From the NCBI GenBank assembly GCA_951406725.2, contig OX597816.1, positions 10,664,001-10,728,000 on the forward strand: a stretch of DNA of 64,000 bases, given 5' to 3'. This stretch comes from Octopus vulgaris. Taxonomy: Eukaryota. The translations under genes and the position numbers were made by a program. Numbering within the stretch: position 1 is the first letter of the stretch; each line of letters starts with the position of its first letter. This document shows positions 52,459-64,000 of the stretch, piece by piece. The notes under the pieces are model-generated. The model did no database searches and had not been told where the DNA came from. It was given only the letters and a program-made list of their open reading frames with translations.

Positions 52459-53540
52459 TAATGATAATAATAATAATAATAATATAACTTACCAGTACAT
52501 ACATAGCATGACTGTAGATATGTGCCAAAATACATATATACCATCAAATTCATGCACACACACACACAGAACAGTTTACAAGGATGCATGTAAAAACACA
52601 AATATAAATAATAAAACACAATGCATACATAAATATAAGGATATAAATTTAACCCATGGGAAAAACTCATCTTTTTTTTTTTTTTTAAGAATCGTAATCT
52701 ATGATGCTTGAAACATACACTTCCGAATGATGATTTTTGGCGCAATAGATAATTTTCGACTTCAGTAGGAATGCCGTTAAGAGATATATAAATACAATTT
52801 ACTAAAGTAAACAGTAAGAAAATAGAGGACATTATTTACACGTTATTACAAACTCAAAGTAAGTAACTTATGTCAACTAACTCGTAATAGCTGCAAACAG
52901 TGAACCAGTTTGCTTTTCACAAAACAACAAAAACAAATTTACGTTTGTGAATTTAAACACTATTCATAAAACACCCAACATCTTTAACCAGAGATTCGTA
53001 CCTCATCATAGCGTGGCGGTGAAGGTGGTTTTGTCTTTGGCCGCACTTTCGATACGGAATATATACGTCTATATATTAAAATAAAATGTATTTGCTTTGA
53101 ACTGACATTATGATGAGAAGAATATGTATATCTTTATTAAAATTTATTTTTTATGGAAAGTTATACACAGAAACCAGTGAAACATTAATTGAAATATACC
53201 CATTACATGTAAATTGAGTTTTATTGTATACTTTGAAGAAATCTGAAGTAACTTCGAAGTTACAGCTGCCTCCCTCTATATATGTGTGTGTGTGAGAGGG
53301 CGAAAGAGAGAAGGCACGTAGCCTTGAATTTAGGTAACAGGGCTCTTAGAAATGAGGTTGCAGATTCGATTCCTGGTTTGGAAGGCTCTTGGGATCTTGT
53401 ATATTTGGATAAAACATTTTACTTCTGGTTGCAGCAGTCTACTTAGTGGGTAATATACTTCAGCTGAAGGATACGCCCAGAAGTTTACTGCTATATCATA
53501 TTTTTACATCTTTACCAATACACATACAAATATATACATA

Positions 53541-54090
53541 TCAAATCAAATCAAATTTATTGGCAGAAGAACACAGTGTGCTAAACCCAGTTAAAAAAGT
53601 TATTGTTATATACAGTTTTATACATAGTCGCCACAGCTGTCCAGAGCCTCTTTGAACAGGGGAGTGGTGGGCAGTTGAATGACATCTTGTGGTAGCTTGT
53701 TCCACGGGGCTGTGAAACGAACGGAGAATGCCACCTTCAGGCTGTTGAATCGAAAGTGTCGGTGGTAGAGTTTGTGATCATGCCTACAAAGACCTCTATC
53801 CGGCGCAGGGGTGAAAAACTCTGCAACTGGTAGGTTTACATTCCCGTTGAAGAAGTTGAAAGCCAGGATGAGATCTCACCGCATCTTCCGTCGTTCGAGT
53901 AAAGGTAATGCCAGCCGTTGGAGACGTTCCTCATACGTAAGCTGAGACAAGCCCGTGCCCTTTCGGGTGGTTAAGTGCTGAATGTCTTTCCGGAGATATA
54001 GGTTTGCGGCCTGGCAGTAATATTCGAGAATGGGTCGAACTAGAGTGGCGTATAAAGGCCGAAAGCCCCTAAGACCGAACCTTAAGAGAT
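53541..54090 (-). mobile_element. CR1-like LINE 3' fragment, decayed relative of the 39400 element
   Basis: The minus strand gives PLYATLVRPILEY...YEERLQRL...FFTPAPDRGL...PWNKLP with a stop codon, and ends in a (TTTGA)n tail. Confidence 0.85.
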
Positions 54091-54547
54091 CAAAAAGATG
54101 TTCTGTATACTTGCTTGAAAAACTGTATTTTTTAAAAACTTAAGAACCTCAAGTGACTATGTAAATACTAAGAGTGTAATTTTTTTCATGTCTGCATTGT
54201 ACAAAATACATTTTTGCAGAAATTAAGGATAAACGAGTGAACACAACAAAAAGCATACCAGTGTAGGTTTATGTCAATTTTGGTATTCATAAGACACTGG
54301 CTATATTTACTGTGATGTTAATTATCTCCCTTGTGTTTCTGTCTGTGCTCATTCAAATATCGACTATATTCAATGCATTTCCTAAAACTTTTGTTTTTAC
54401 TAGCTTAATAATTAGCAAAATAAATATTTTGGCCAGAAAACACTGTATTTCACAAGGCTCTTTATGGGTTTTATAAGTATGTACGTAAGTACATGTAATA
54501 ATAAATAGAGGAAAGGGAAGTTAATTGGAACCTGGAGTAGATAGAAA

Positions 54548-54860
54548 CATCATCATTGTTCGACCGTGGTCGAGACAATGGAATTTACCATGCTACGCCA
54601 GACCTCACGGTCCATCATGGCATTACGGAGGTCCTGTTGCTGGATGCCTGTATCCCTGGAGATTACATCAGAGGAGGAGAGTGTGTGCCCTCTGGTATTG
54701 CGAGTAGATGGCTTCCAGAGGAGAAGAGTAGAAATTACCTCTTTTTCAGCTCTACAACAATGTCCAGCAAACTGGACTCTCCTACCTTTCACAAGAGATG
54801 ACACAGGTGGTAGTTTCCCATATATTTGCATATAGAAACACTTCTTCCAAGAGAAATAAT
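54548..54860 (-). mobile_element. RTE-clade LINE 3' end
   Basis: RRVQFAGHCCR...LLLWKP...RDTG...AMMDREVWR followed by a short (TGA)n tail. Confidence 0.8.
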
Positions 54861-55700
54861 GAACCTGGTAAGGACTCCACTGTTCACAAGTTTTACACAA
54901 GATGCAACTCCTATTCTGGAGCTTTCAAAGTGAGTACAACTCGTACAGGTGAGAACAGAGGATAGGTAGGGTAAAGGTACGCCAGCCTCCATCACCATGT
55001 TTTAGCATTCTCTTCACCCTTACAAGAGAATGTGAATTTTCTCAAGTATTGCATGTTGTGGATCTTTGTCATCTCTTTCATCACTTTGTCCTGTTTTTCT
55101 AGGTCTCCCACCTTTACAGATACTATCCCCTTTGAGTGCTTGACATTTTTATGCAGTTGTTGTCATCTGTACACACTGTATGTCCATTCCTATGTAATCT
55201 TATTTGATCAATATATCAGATTCCCCTTAGGCCCCAATTATTCTCTCAGCTCATTTGTTACATTACAAAGCCAGTGGAGCATATTCCTGTCATTTCTTTC
55301 CAGTGTTCACAAACCTGCTAAATTTAATGTCCATGTTCTGCTACAATAAAACAATGCATCATAGTTTGTCCTTTACTCTGAAAGACAAATCCTCTGTTGC
55401 CAATAAAGGTTAATAACGCCCTGAACTTACAACTCTTTACTCTGGCTCCTACGTTTTTGGTACACTTACATTTACTGCTAATTAAGTCATTTAGGTAATA
55501 GAAGCTATCAAGTACTTCGAGAGAGGCACACAGAGAATCCATTAAACAAATGATATTAAAGTTTACTGCAATTACTGCATATGAATTCTATCTTCTCCAT
55601 CAGCCTAACTCAAATTCCACTTGGAAATCCAGAGTCTATATTCAGTACATCATACAGAATTTCTACTTACACATCTTCTACACATCAATCTAAATCCAAC
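54860..55700 (-). pseudogene. Decayed RTE/BovB-like LINE fragment
   Basis: SLEVLDSFYYLNDLISS...ARV...KFRALL resembles the RTE post-RT region; many stops. Confidence 0.6.
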
Positions 55701-55749
55701 TCAAGTTAGCAATGAAAAACAGGAAAAATATGAAAAAGATTTTGTAAGT

Positions 55750-57000
55750 TAAAATGTGGCAAGATAAAATTTAATTGTAGATAATCAAAGCCAAAATGGA
55801 TTTAAATAACTCTACAATTTTATATCAAGGTAGGCTGGGAAATGGATTAGAGAAAACAATTTGTAGCAGTTTCACTATCAAATAGCAGTGTTCAAAGAAG
55901 GATTAGCAATATTGATATCAATGAGTAAGTGCATGAGATAAAGTCAGCAACATTTAACATAATTCAGCTTGATGAGTTAACTTATGTGTATAGCTCCTGG
56001 GATTTTAAAGTTATGTTTGCTCTGCTTAATTTAAGGGGGAGTTTCTCTTTTGTTTCCCTCTCAAACAATCTAAGCTTCAGATACACTGGAAAATGTTTCA
56101 TCTTTCACGGAATCATAAAAACTCTTGTGAGATGTCTACAGATGCTGTACCAGCTATACTGAGATCAAAATCTGGATTTCAAGTTTCTAAAGAGAAATAA
56201 GCTCCAAAACTGAAAGTATTTGTTATATGACCCATAAAACATACCCAGCTCAAGAGGTTTTGAATATTTGTTAAAGGTGGAACTTTTACCTTTTGAAGCA
56301 GCTATGTATTGACATGGAGTTCAAAGACTTTAAAAATAAAAAACTGAATGAGTGTTTGGTCTTTGAGATAAGTTCAAATTATTTTTGGAAGTTCAAGATG
56401 AAATTTCGTACCCTGTTGAATCATGAGAAATAGATCATACAACTCATATTTGATCAGTTTTTGAGCAGCTAAATGAGCTGAATCTTCAAATGCAAAGAAA
56501 GAATATACATCATAAAATTCATCGATTTCTAGAAAGCTTTCATGAACTAGAAAATTAGGAGAAAAATGTGCATACCAAAAAGTTTAATGTTTGAGAAACT
56601 ACCAGTAATTTTTGTTGCTGGTGGTGAAAAGCAAGTGCTTCTAGAATTTCCAAAACACAAAATTTTGTAGCATTTGATAGCACCACGAAATGAATTCAAC
56701 CAATATTACCTTGAAATCAGTAATGAGCAGATGTTGGTAAGCGCTAGGGCATTGAAAATGTTCCTGGATTATTGTTAGGATGACTTTCTCAGCTGAAGAA
56801 CAATTCAAGAGCAAACATGGTTTTTCGTGAGAAAGCTATCACAAAATTTTAATGGAAAATAACTGAAACTGGCAAAAGAGTCAGACACGCATTGCTTCCA
56901 TTTGTGTCAACATACTTTTGTGAATGTGGCTTTTGAACTCCGCTGCAGTAGATTTAAAGTTGAGAATGACTTGCATTATGTCCCTTGAAACACTCCTTCA
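55750..57000 (+). pseudogene. Decayed hAT transposase (ZBED/SCAND3-like)
   Basis: Remnant motifs LNELNLQMQRK and ALLPFVSTYFCECGF (hAT dimerisation region). A hAT-like terminus (gtgagaaccactg) lies at ~59600-59612. Confidence 0.65.
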
Positions 57001-57236
57001 TACATTTGAGAAGTGACATAGAAGTAATCTTCAAAAGAATAAAATAGATCATGATAACTTTACTTTCTAGTGATTTTTTTTTGTTTGTTTATTGAAACAT
57101 GTACGTTTCAGTAACATAATTAGCTGTGAATATAAAAAAGGTGCTCCTTTATTCAAGTTTTAAAACCAATCCACATGTTCTACTGCATTTGCATTTTTGA
57201 AACTCCATTATAAAAATAATCTAAGAAAAATAAATA

Positions 57237-58399
57237 TTGGGTCATCCCATAAATAATGCGGTTTTTCACGTAAAAAGCACCATCTGTTCGCGGCCGTTGC
57301 CAGCCTCGCCTGGCCCCTGTGCCGGTGGCACGTAAAAAGCACCATCCGATCGTGGCCGTTGCCAGCTCCGTCTGGCCCCTGTTCCGGTGGCACGTAAAAA
57401 GCACCATCCATCCGTGGCCGTTTGCCAGCCTCGCCTGGCCCCCGTGCCGGTGGCACGTAAAAAGCACCATCCTATCGTGGCCATTTGCCAGCCTCGCCTG
57501 GCCCCCGTGCCGCTGGCACGTAAAAAGCACCATCCTATCGTGGCCGTGGCCAGCCTCACCTGGCCCCTGTGCTGGTGGCACGTAAAAAGCACCATCCGAT
57601 CGTGGGCGTTGCCAGCCTCACCTGGCCCCTGTGCCAGTGGCACGTAAAAAGCACCATCCAATCGTGACCATTGCCAGCCTCGCCTGGCACCTGTGCGGGT
57701 GGTACGTAAAAAGCACCGACTACACTCACGGAGTGGTTGGCGTTAGGAAGGGCATCCAGCCGTAGAAACACTGCCAGATCAGACTGGGCCTGATGCAGCC
57801 TTCTGGCTTCACAGACCCCAGTTGAACCGTCCAACCCATGCTAGCATGGAAAGCGGATGCTAAATGATGATGATGATGATGAAGTCAGAGGGGGATGAGA
57901 TAAACTACCTGAGCCAGAAATTACAGCCTAGAAAATGAGCCTCATCATGGAAGATCTGTAGAGCTTGACTAGGATGTTCTGCAAACTCTGGTGGAGCAAA
58001 ATCCCTTGTAACTGCTGAGGAACTAGTAGAGAAGCTTGGATTTGGTCATACCACCATTCATTGACACTTGCGTGCCATTGGAAAATGACCATCTTTGGCC
58101 TCAAGATGAAAGGTTTTCTTCAATCTGGATAATGCTCAGCCACATAAAGCGAGGATGACATTCCAAAGGCTGGAGCAGTTTGAATGGGAAATGATGCTCC
58201 ATCTTCCATTTTTGCCAGACATTGCTCCATCTTAATTATCATTTATTCCACAAGAGGAGTGTTGCAAGTCTACAAGATAGATGGAAGATCATTATAGAAA
58301 ATGAAGGAGAATATATTTTAGATTAAAAAAGAACTTTATCTTAATTTTGAAGAATAAAAGAAATATTTAAGAAACTGCATTACTTATGAGATGACCCAA
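57237..58399 (+). mobile_element. Internally deleted mariner element, interrupted by a SINE-like insertion
   Basis: TIRs ttgggtcatcccataaataatgc and gcattacttatgagatgacccaa, with TA on both sides. Transposase relic DNAQPHKA...WEMMLHLPFLPDIAPS matches the mariner HDNARPH...HPPYSPDLAPS motifs. Confidence 0.85.
57266..57882 (+). mobile_element. Family A element with about 7 tandem 61-62 bp subrepeats
   Basis: Repeated unit ggtggcacgtaaaaagcaccatccgatcgtggccgttgccagcctcgcctggcccctgtgcc. Confidence 0.9.
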
Positions 58400-58548
58400 T
58401 ATGTACTAATACAGTAAGTGTATATGTATTCATTTAGTAAAAATAAGATTTTTAATATTACATGTGTTATTTTAATTCACCTTTTGATTCACACAATGTA
58501 AAAAAGAAAAGACTGACATTCTGAATTATACATATATATATATATGTG

Positions 58549-58849
58549 TGGAGGCGCAAAGGCCTAGTGGTTAGGGCAGCGGACTCGCGGTCGCAGGATC
58601 GCGGTTTCGATTCCCAGACCGGGCGTTGTGAGTGTTTATTGAGCGAAAACACCTAAAAGCTCCACGAGGCTCCGGCAGGGGGTGGTGGTGATCCCTGCTG
58701 TACTCTTTCACCACTCTTTCTCCCACTCTTTCTTCTGTTGGCCTGCTCGCTTAGCCAGCAGGGTGGCGTCATTCGAAGGCTAAAACAATGCGAACGCATT
58801 GTGACCAGCAATGTGTAACAACATCTGATGGTCTGGTCGGTCACGTGAT

Positions 58850-58858
<9 letters not shown>
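58549..58858 (+). mobile_element. tRNA-derived SINE family D
   Basis: tRNA-like head GGAGGCGCAAAGGCCTAGTGGTTAGGGC...GGTTTCGATTCC, a unique body and a tail cacgtgatcacgtga; inserted in (TA)n. Confidence 0.85.
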
Positions 58859-58883
<25 letters not shown>

Positions 58884-58887
<4 letters not shown>

Positions 58888-59167
58888 TCATCATCGTTTA
58901 ACGTCCGCTTTCCATGCTAGCATGGGTTGGACGGTTCAACTGGGGTCTGGCAAGCCCGAAGGCTACACCAAGCCAGTCAGATCTGGCTGTGTTTCTACAG
59001 CTGGATGCCCTTCCTAACGCCAACCACTCTGAGAGTGTAGTGGGTGATTTTATGTGCCACCGACACAGGTGCCGACGAGGCTGGCAGACGGCCACGCTCG
59101 GATATGGTGTTTTCGGGGTTTTTCTTATGTGCCACTGACACAGGTGCCAGACGAGGCTGGCGAACGG

Positions 59168-59168
<1 letters not shown>
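58884..59168 (-). mobile_element. Family A element
   Basis: Core and tail. Confidence 0.85.
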
Positions 59169-59203
<35 letters not shown>

Positions 59204-59575
59204 CTGAAGTTGTCTGTGTATGGCAGGTTTGGTAGCCTTCAACTAACACTATCTCCTCCGAGACCCTGAGCGCAAGTTGACCAAAATTGAGAGTATGATA
59301 GAAGGCTTGCTCTTCCTTCCACAGAAGAAAAAATTCAAATCAGACCATGTTAACACCAAAAGTTATTTACATCAAAATGGTGCTTTTTTTTCTATGAAAA
59401 TCCCTATTTTTTACGATTCTTTGACGGCCGTGTCACCATTTTTCGGTGTATTTCAACCAGAAAAATGTTCACTTAAAGAGAATAACAAGCTACATAATGC
59501 AACATTTTTACTTTTCAAAAATTCCAATTCTAAAGGGTTGAAACAAACCCGAGCAATGCCGGGCGATACTGCTAG
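59169..59575 (+). mobile_element. Non-autonomous Helitron
   Basis: 5' (TA)n-AAAGCTGAAG start; 3' hairpin cccgagcaatgccggg followed by CTAG|T. Confidence 0.75.
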
Positions 59576-59776
59576 TATAGTTAAAAGGGGAAAAAAGTTG
59601 TGAGAACCACTGAATTGGAATATATCTGAATATTCTAAAAGAATGATTTTTTTTTTTAAAGTACAGCATGATAAGTTATGTCACCAATATCAATGTAGAT
59701 CTGGTTAGAGTAAGGAAGCTGTTATCACAGTTTATATATTCTTCCCTAGTGAATACATTAGGAGTTAGATAAGCTA

Positions 59777-59782
59777 TTTATT
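59777..59782 (-). promoter_or_regulatory. Candidate polyadenylation signal (AATAAA) of the ZNF gene
   Basis: tttatt on the plus strand, about 120 nt past the ZNF stop codon. Confidence 0.35.
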
Positions 59783-59899
59783 TTTTATATAATAAATCTT
59801 GGTGGTTGTGTTAAATACAGATTGCAATGGCATATCATTTAATGTTTGTTGGACAAATTTTTTCCATTTCTTTTTGTTGGTGTATCTAGTAATTTTGAC

Positions 59900-61020
<1,121 letters not shown>

Positions 61021-61119
61021 CAAAGATTAGTTAAAAAGTAAAGATTTAACAATGGAAATTTTACATTTTTGTACAAGTAAACTGTAGAAATAAGATGTAA
61101 TTCTAAATATATATATTAC

Positions 61120-61495
61120 TGGCCTTGTGTCGGTGGCACGTAAAAAGCACCATCCGTTTGTGGCCATTGCCAGCCTCGCCTGGCCTCCGTGCCGGTGGCA
61201 CGTAAAAAGCACCATCCGTTCGTGGCCATTGCCAGCCTTGCCTGGCCCCCATGCCGGTGGCACGTAAAAAGCACCATCTGTTCGTGGCTGCTTGCCAGCT
61301 CTGTCTGGTACCTGTGCGGATGGCACATAAAAAGCACCCACTACACTCGCGGAGTGGTTGGCGTTAGGAAGGGCATTCAGCCGTAGAAACACTGCCAGAT
61401 CGGACTGGGCCTGATGCAGCCTTCTGGCTTCCCAGACCCCAGTTGAACCGTCCAACCCAGGCTAGCATGGAAAGCGGACGCTTGATGATGATGAT
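61120..61495 (+). mobile_element. Family A element with 3-4 subrepeats
   Basis: Core, subrepeats and tail. Confidence 0.88.
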
Positions 61496-61546
61496 ATTAC
61501 ATCAGTCTATATATTTGTAATTACAATTACACATTCAGAGTAAGTG

Positions 61547-61864
61547 TCATCATCATCATCATCGTTTAACATCCGCTTTCCATGCTGGCATGGGTTGGAT
61601 TATTTTGACTGAGGGCTGGCGAACCAGATGGCTGCACCAGGCTCCAATCTTGATCTGGCAAAGTTTCTACAGCTGGATGCCCTTCCTAACACCAACCACT
61701 CCGAGAGTGTAATAGGTGCTTTTTACGTGCCACCGGGGGGCCGGTGAGGCAGTACTGGCAATGACCTCGCTCGAATCTTTTTACACATGCCACCGGCACA
61801 GGTGCTAGTAAGGCGACATTGGTAACGATCAGGCTCGAATGGTGCCCTTTTACATGCCACGGCA

Positions 61865-61866
<2 letters not shown>
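61547..61866 (-). mobile_element. Family A element, inverted relative to its neighbour
   Basis: Core and tail. A truncated copy also lies at 62213-62327. Confidence 0.85.
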
Positions 61867-61909
<43 letters not shown>

Positions 61910-62323
61910 CACCATCATTATTATCATTGTAATTATTTTGATTATTATTGTTGTCATTGCTGTGGTTGTTTTTGTTATTATTATTATGTGTTCGTGTGCA
62001 TCTACATATAAATGTCCTCTAAGTGCTTATGTGTATATATAGTTATATATGAATGTGTACACACATACACATATATTTGAACATATGTATATATATGAAT
62101 ATATATATATATATATACACACACACAAACACATACATATATGAATATATATATGTATGTCCATAATATATATTTCATATACATATACACACATATATAA
62201 TGTACATCTGTATCATCATCATCATCGTTTAATGTCCGCTTTCCATGCTAGCATGGGTTGGACGGTTCAACTGGGGTCTGGGAAGCCCGAAGGCTGCACC
62301 AGGCCAGTCAGATGTGGCAGTGT

Positions 62324-62360
<37 letters not shown>

Positions 62361-62456
62361 CATATCTATACATGTACTTTTCTGTGTGTATATGTTTATG
62401 TATATGCATACATTTGCACACACAGACACACACACACATATATACATGTATATATG

Positions 62457-62523
<67 letters not shown>

Positions 62524-62555
62524 AATATATGTATGTATATGTATATATATATACA

Positions 62556-64000
62556 TTGATACTTTGATACTTTGATAGGTTTCGGCCATTATTGGCCCAG
62601 GCCATGTCTAACTTAATAGCACCACCTGGTGAAGTCTTTCAAGTCAGAATTTGGGCACTATGGCCCACTCAAGTAGAGAGTTATTGTTTACAGAGACATA
62701 TCCGGGTGTAGGGGGTTTATCCGGGATTTCTTGAAGGAATCTGTCCAAAGACTTCTTGAACCCTATAGGGTCAGTTTCTGTTTTAATGTGTTTTGGTGTA
62801 ATGTTAAAGAGAGCGGGGCCAATTGAGGTGAAATAATTGTGCCGTATTGTTGTTATGAGATGAGAGTGCGATTTTTGTTTTGGGCGGATGGCACGGGGCC
62901 CAAGCCTTGGATGTACCTTAAAGGTGATGCCAACATCATTTGGGCAATGCTGATGGAATATTTTCCACATCATGCAGATGATGTAGCGCTCACGACGACG
63001 TTGGAGAGAATAGAGTTTTAGCTTTTCTAGTCGACCCCAATAGTCGAGGCCTGTCATGCCATCTATCTTTTTTGTGATTGCCCTTTGAGGTGCTTCAACT
63101 CTTATGATACCTTGTATTGTGTGGGGAGACCACAGTGGACAACAGTATTCAAGGTGGGGTCGGGCAAAAGTGGAGAAGAGAAGGATAATGGTGTGGATAT
63201 CTCTCGACTGGAAAGTTCTGAGAATCCAGGAACACATTCTGCGGGCCATGTCAACTTTGGTGTTTATATGAGTGGCCCAGCTTATGTTGTTGTCCACAAT
63301 TACTCCCAAGTCTCTGATGTTGTTGGACGCCGCGAGAGTTTCACCTGAAGGAAGGGAGTATGGGAGTTTCAGGGCATCCTCTTTTCCAAAGTGGATTAGC
63401 TCAAATTTATCCTCGTTCAGCAGCATATTGTTTTTTTCTGCCCATTGGATAACAGCCAGTAGATCTGACTGAAGGCATGTCCGGTCACTCGCCTCATTTA
63501 TGACCTTCTGTAGCTTGGAGTCATCTGCAAAGATTTTTATGTTGCTGTGCTTGATGATGTCATTAATGTCATTAATGTAAATGATGAAAAGAAGTGGGCC
63601 CAGCACAGTGCCTTGCGGAACGCCACTACTGACTTTGGCTGGGCTTGATTTTACCCCTTCAACTACAACATGTTGAGATCTGTCTGTCAGGAAACACTTG
63701 ATCCATTTCAGTAACTTTCCAGAGACACCAATGTTGGATAGTTTTTTCAATAGGATCTTGTGATCGACCCTGTCGAAGGCCTTACTGAAATCAAGGTAGA
63801 TGACATCGGTGTTGGAGCCCTCTCCCAAAGCTCTCAAAATGTCCTCAAAGTGATGCAGGAGCTGTGTTAGGCAGTCCCTTCCATTACGGAACCCATGTTG
63901 GTTGGAGATCAGCCGTCTGTTGCTTTCCAGAAATTGGGTTATTCGAGATCTCACCACCCTCTCAAATACCTTGATGATATGAGAGGTGAGTGAGATCGGA
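62556..64000 (-). mobile_element. CR1-like LINE, second family; runs off the window end
   Basis: Uninterrupted RT ORF, short 3' UTR and a (TATCAAAG)n-type tail at ~62556-62578. Confidence 0.92.
62644..64000 (-). CDS. Reverse transcriptase (LINE ORF2, partial)
   Basis: Motifs QHGFR, YLDFSKAFDRV, GVPQGTVLGPLLF, FADD and LEYCCPLWSP. The frame is open to the window edge. Confidence 0.92.
   Translation of the reverse strand, partial: PISLTSHIIKVFERVVRSRITQFLESNRRLISNQHGFRNGRDCLTQLLHHFEDILRALGEGSNTDVIYLDFSKAFDRVDHKILLKKLSNIGVSGKLLKWIKCFLTDRSQHVVVEGVKSSPAKVSSGVPQGTVLGPLLFIIYINDINDIIKHSNIKIFADDSKLQKVINEASDRTCLQSDLLAVIQWAEKNNMLLNEDKFELIHFGKEDALKLPYSLPSGETLAASNNIRDLGVIVDNNISWATHINTKVDMARRMCSWILRTFQSRDIHTIILLFSTFARPHLEYCCPLWSPHTIQGIIRVEAPQRAITKKIDGMTGLDYWGRLEKLKLYSLQRRRERYIICMMWKIFHQHCPNDVGITFKVHPRLGPRAIRPKQKSHSHLITTIRHNYFTSIGPALFNITPKHIKTETDPIGFKKSLDRFLQEIPDKPPTPGYVSVNNNSLLEWAIVPKF

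Noticed and set aside
43113-52528. Many K/F/I/E/N-rich ORFs
   Set aside because: They are translations of the satellite on both strands, with frequent frame breaks and no coding signal.
57266-57720. CRISPR-like array (constant 20-bp motif with ~41-bp intervals)
   Set aside because: The intervals are homologous to each other rather than unique spacers, the context is eukaryotic and there are no cas genes.
58549-58622. tRNA-like sequence
   Set aside because: It has no proper acceptor stem and continues into a SINE body that is also found at 25932-26270, so it is a SINE head.

Overview
AT-rich, repeat-dominated eukaryotic DNA. The SINE families, the long (TA)n/(CAT)n/(GAA)n microsatellites and the tandem C2H2 zinc-finger gene point to a coleoid cephalopod, most likely Octopus; this is inferred from recognising the families, not from a database search. 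The only recognisable host gene is a 10-finger C2H2 ZNF on the minus strand (59900-60759) with one homopolymer frameshift. The rest is transposon-derived: two young CR1-like LINE RT ORFs, restriction-like-endonuclease (R4/Dong-type) LINE fragments next to (TAA)n, RTE fragments, a Penelope GIY-YIG relic, hAT and mariner relics, MITEs, Helitron/Helentron-type elements and at least five SINE-like families. A 9.4 kb GAAAATTTTC-based satellite with higher-order structure occupies 43062-52458. The most notable signal is five unrelated small elements that each carry a minimal type I hammerhead-ribozyme fold. They include a retrozyme-like 364-bp unit with terminal direct repeats and a variant with a compensatory G3:C8 core. 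Nearly all other ORFs in the track are translations of microsatellites or satellite.
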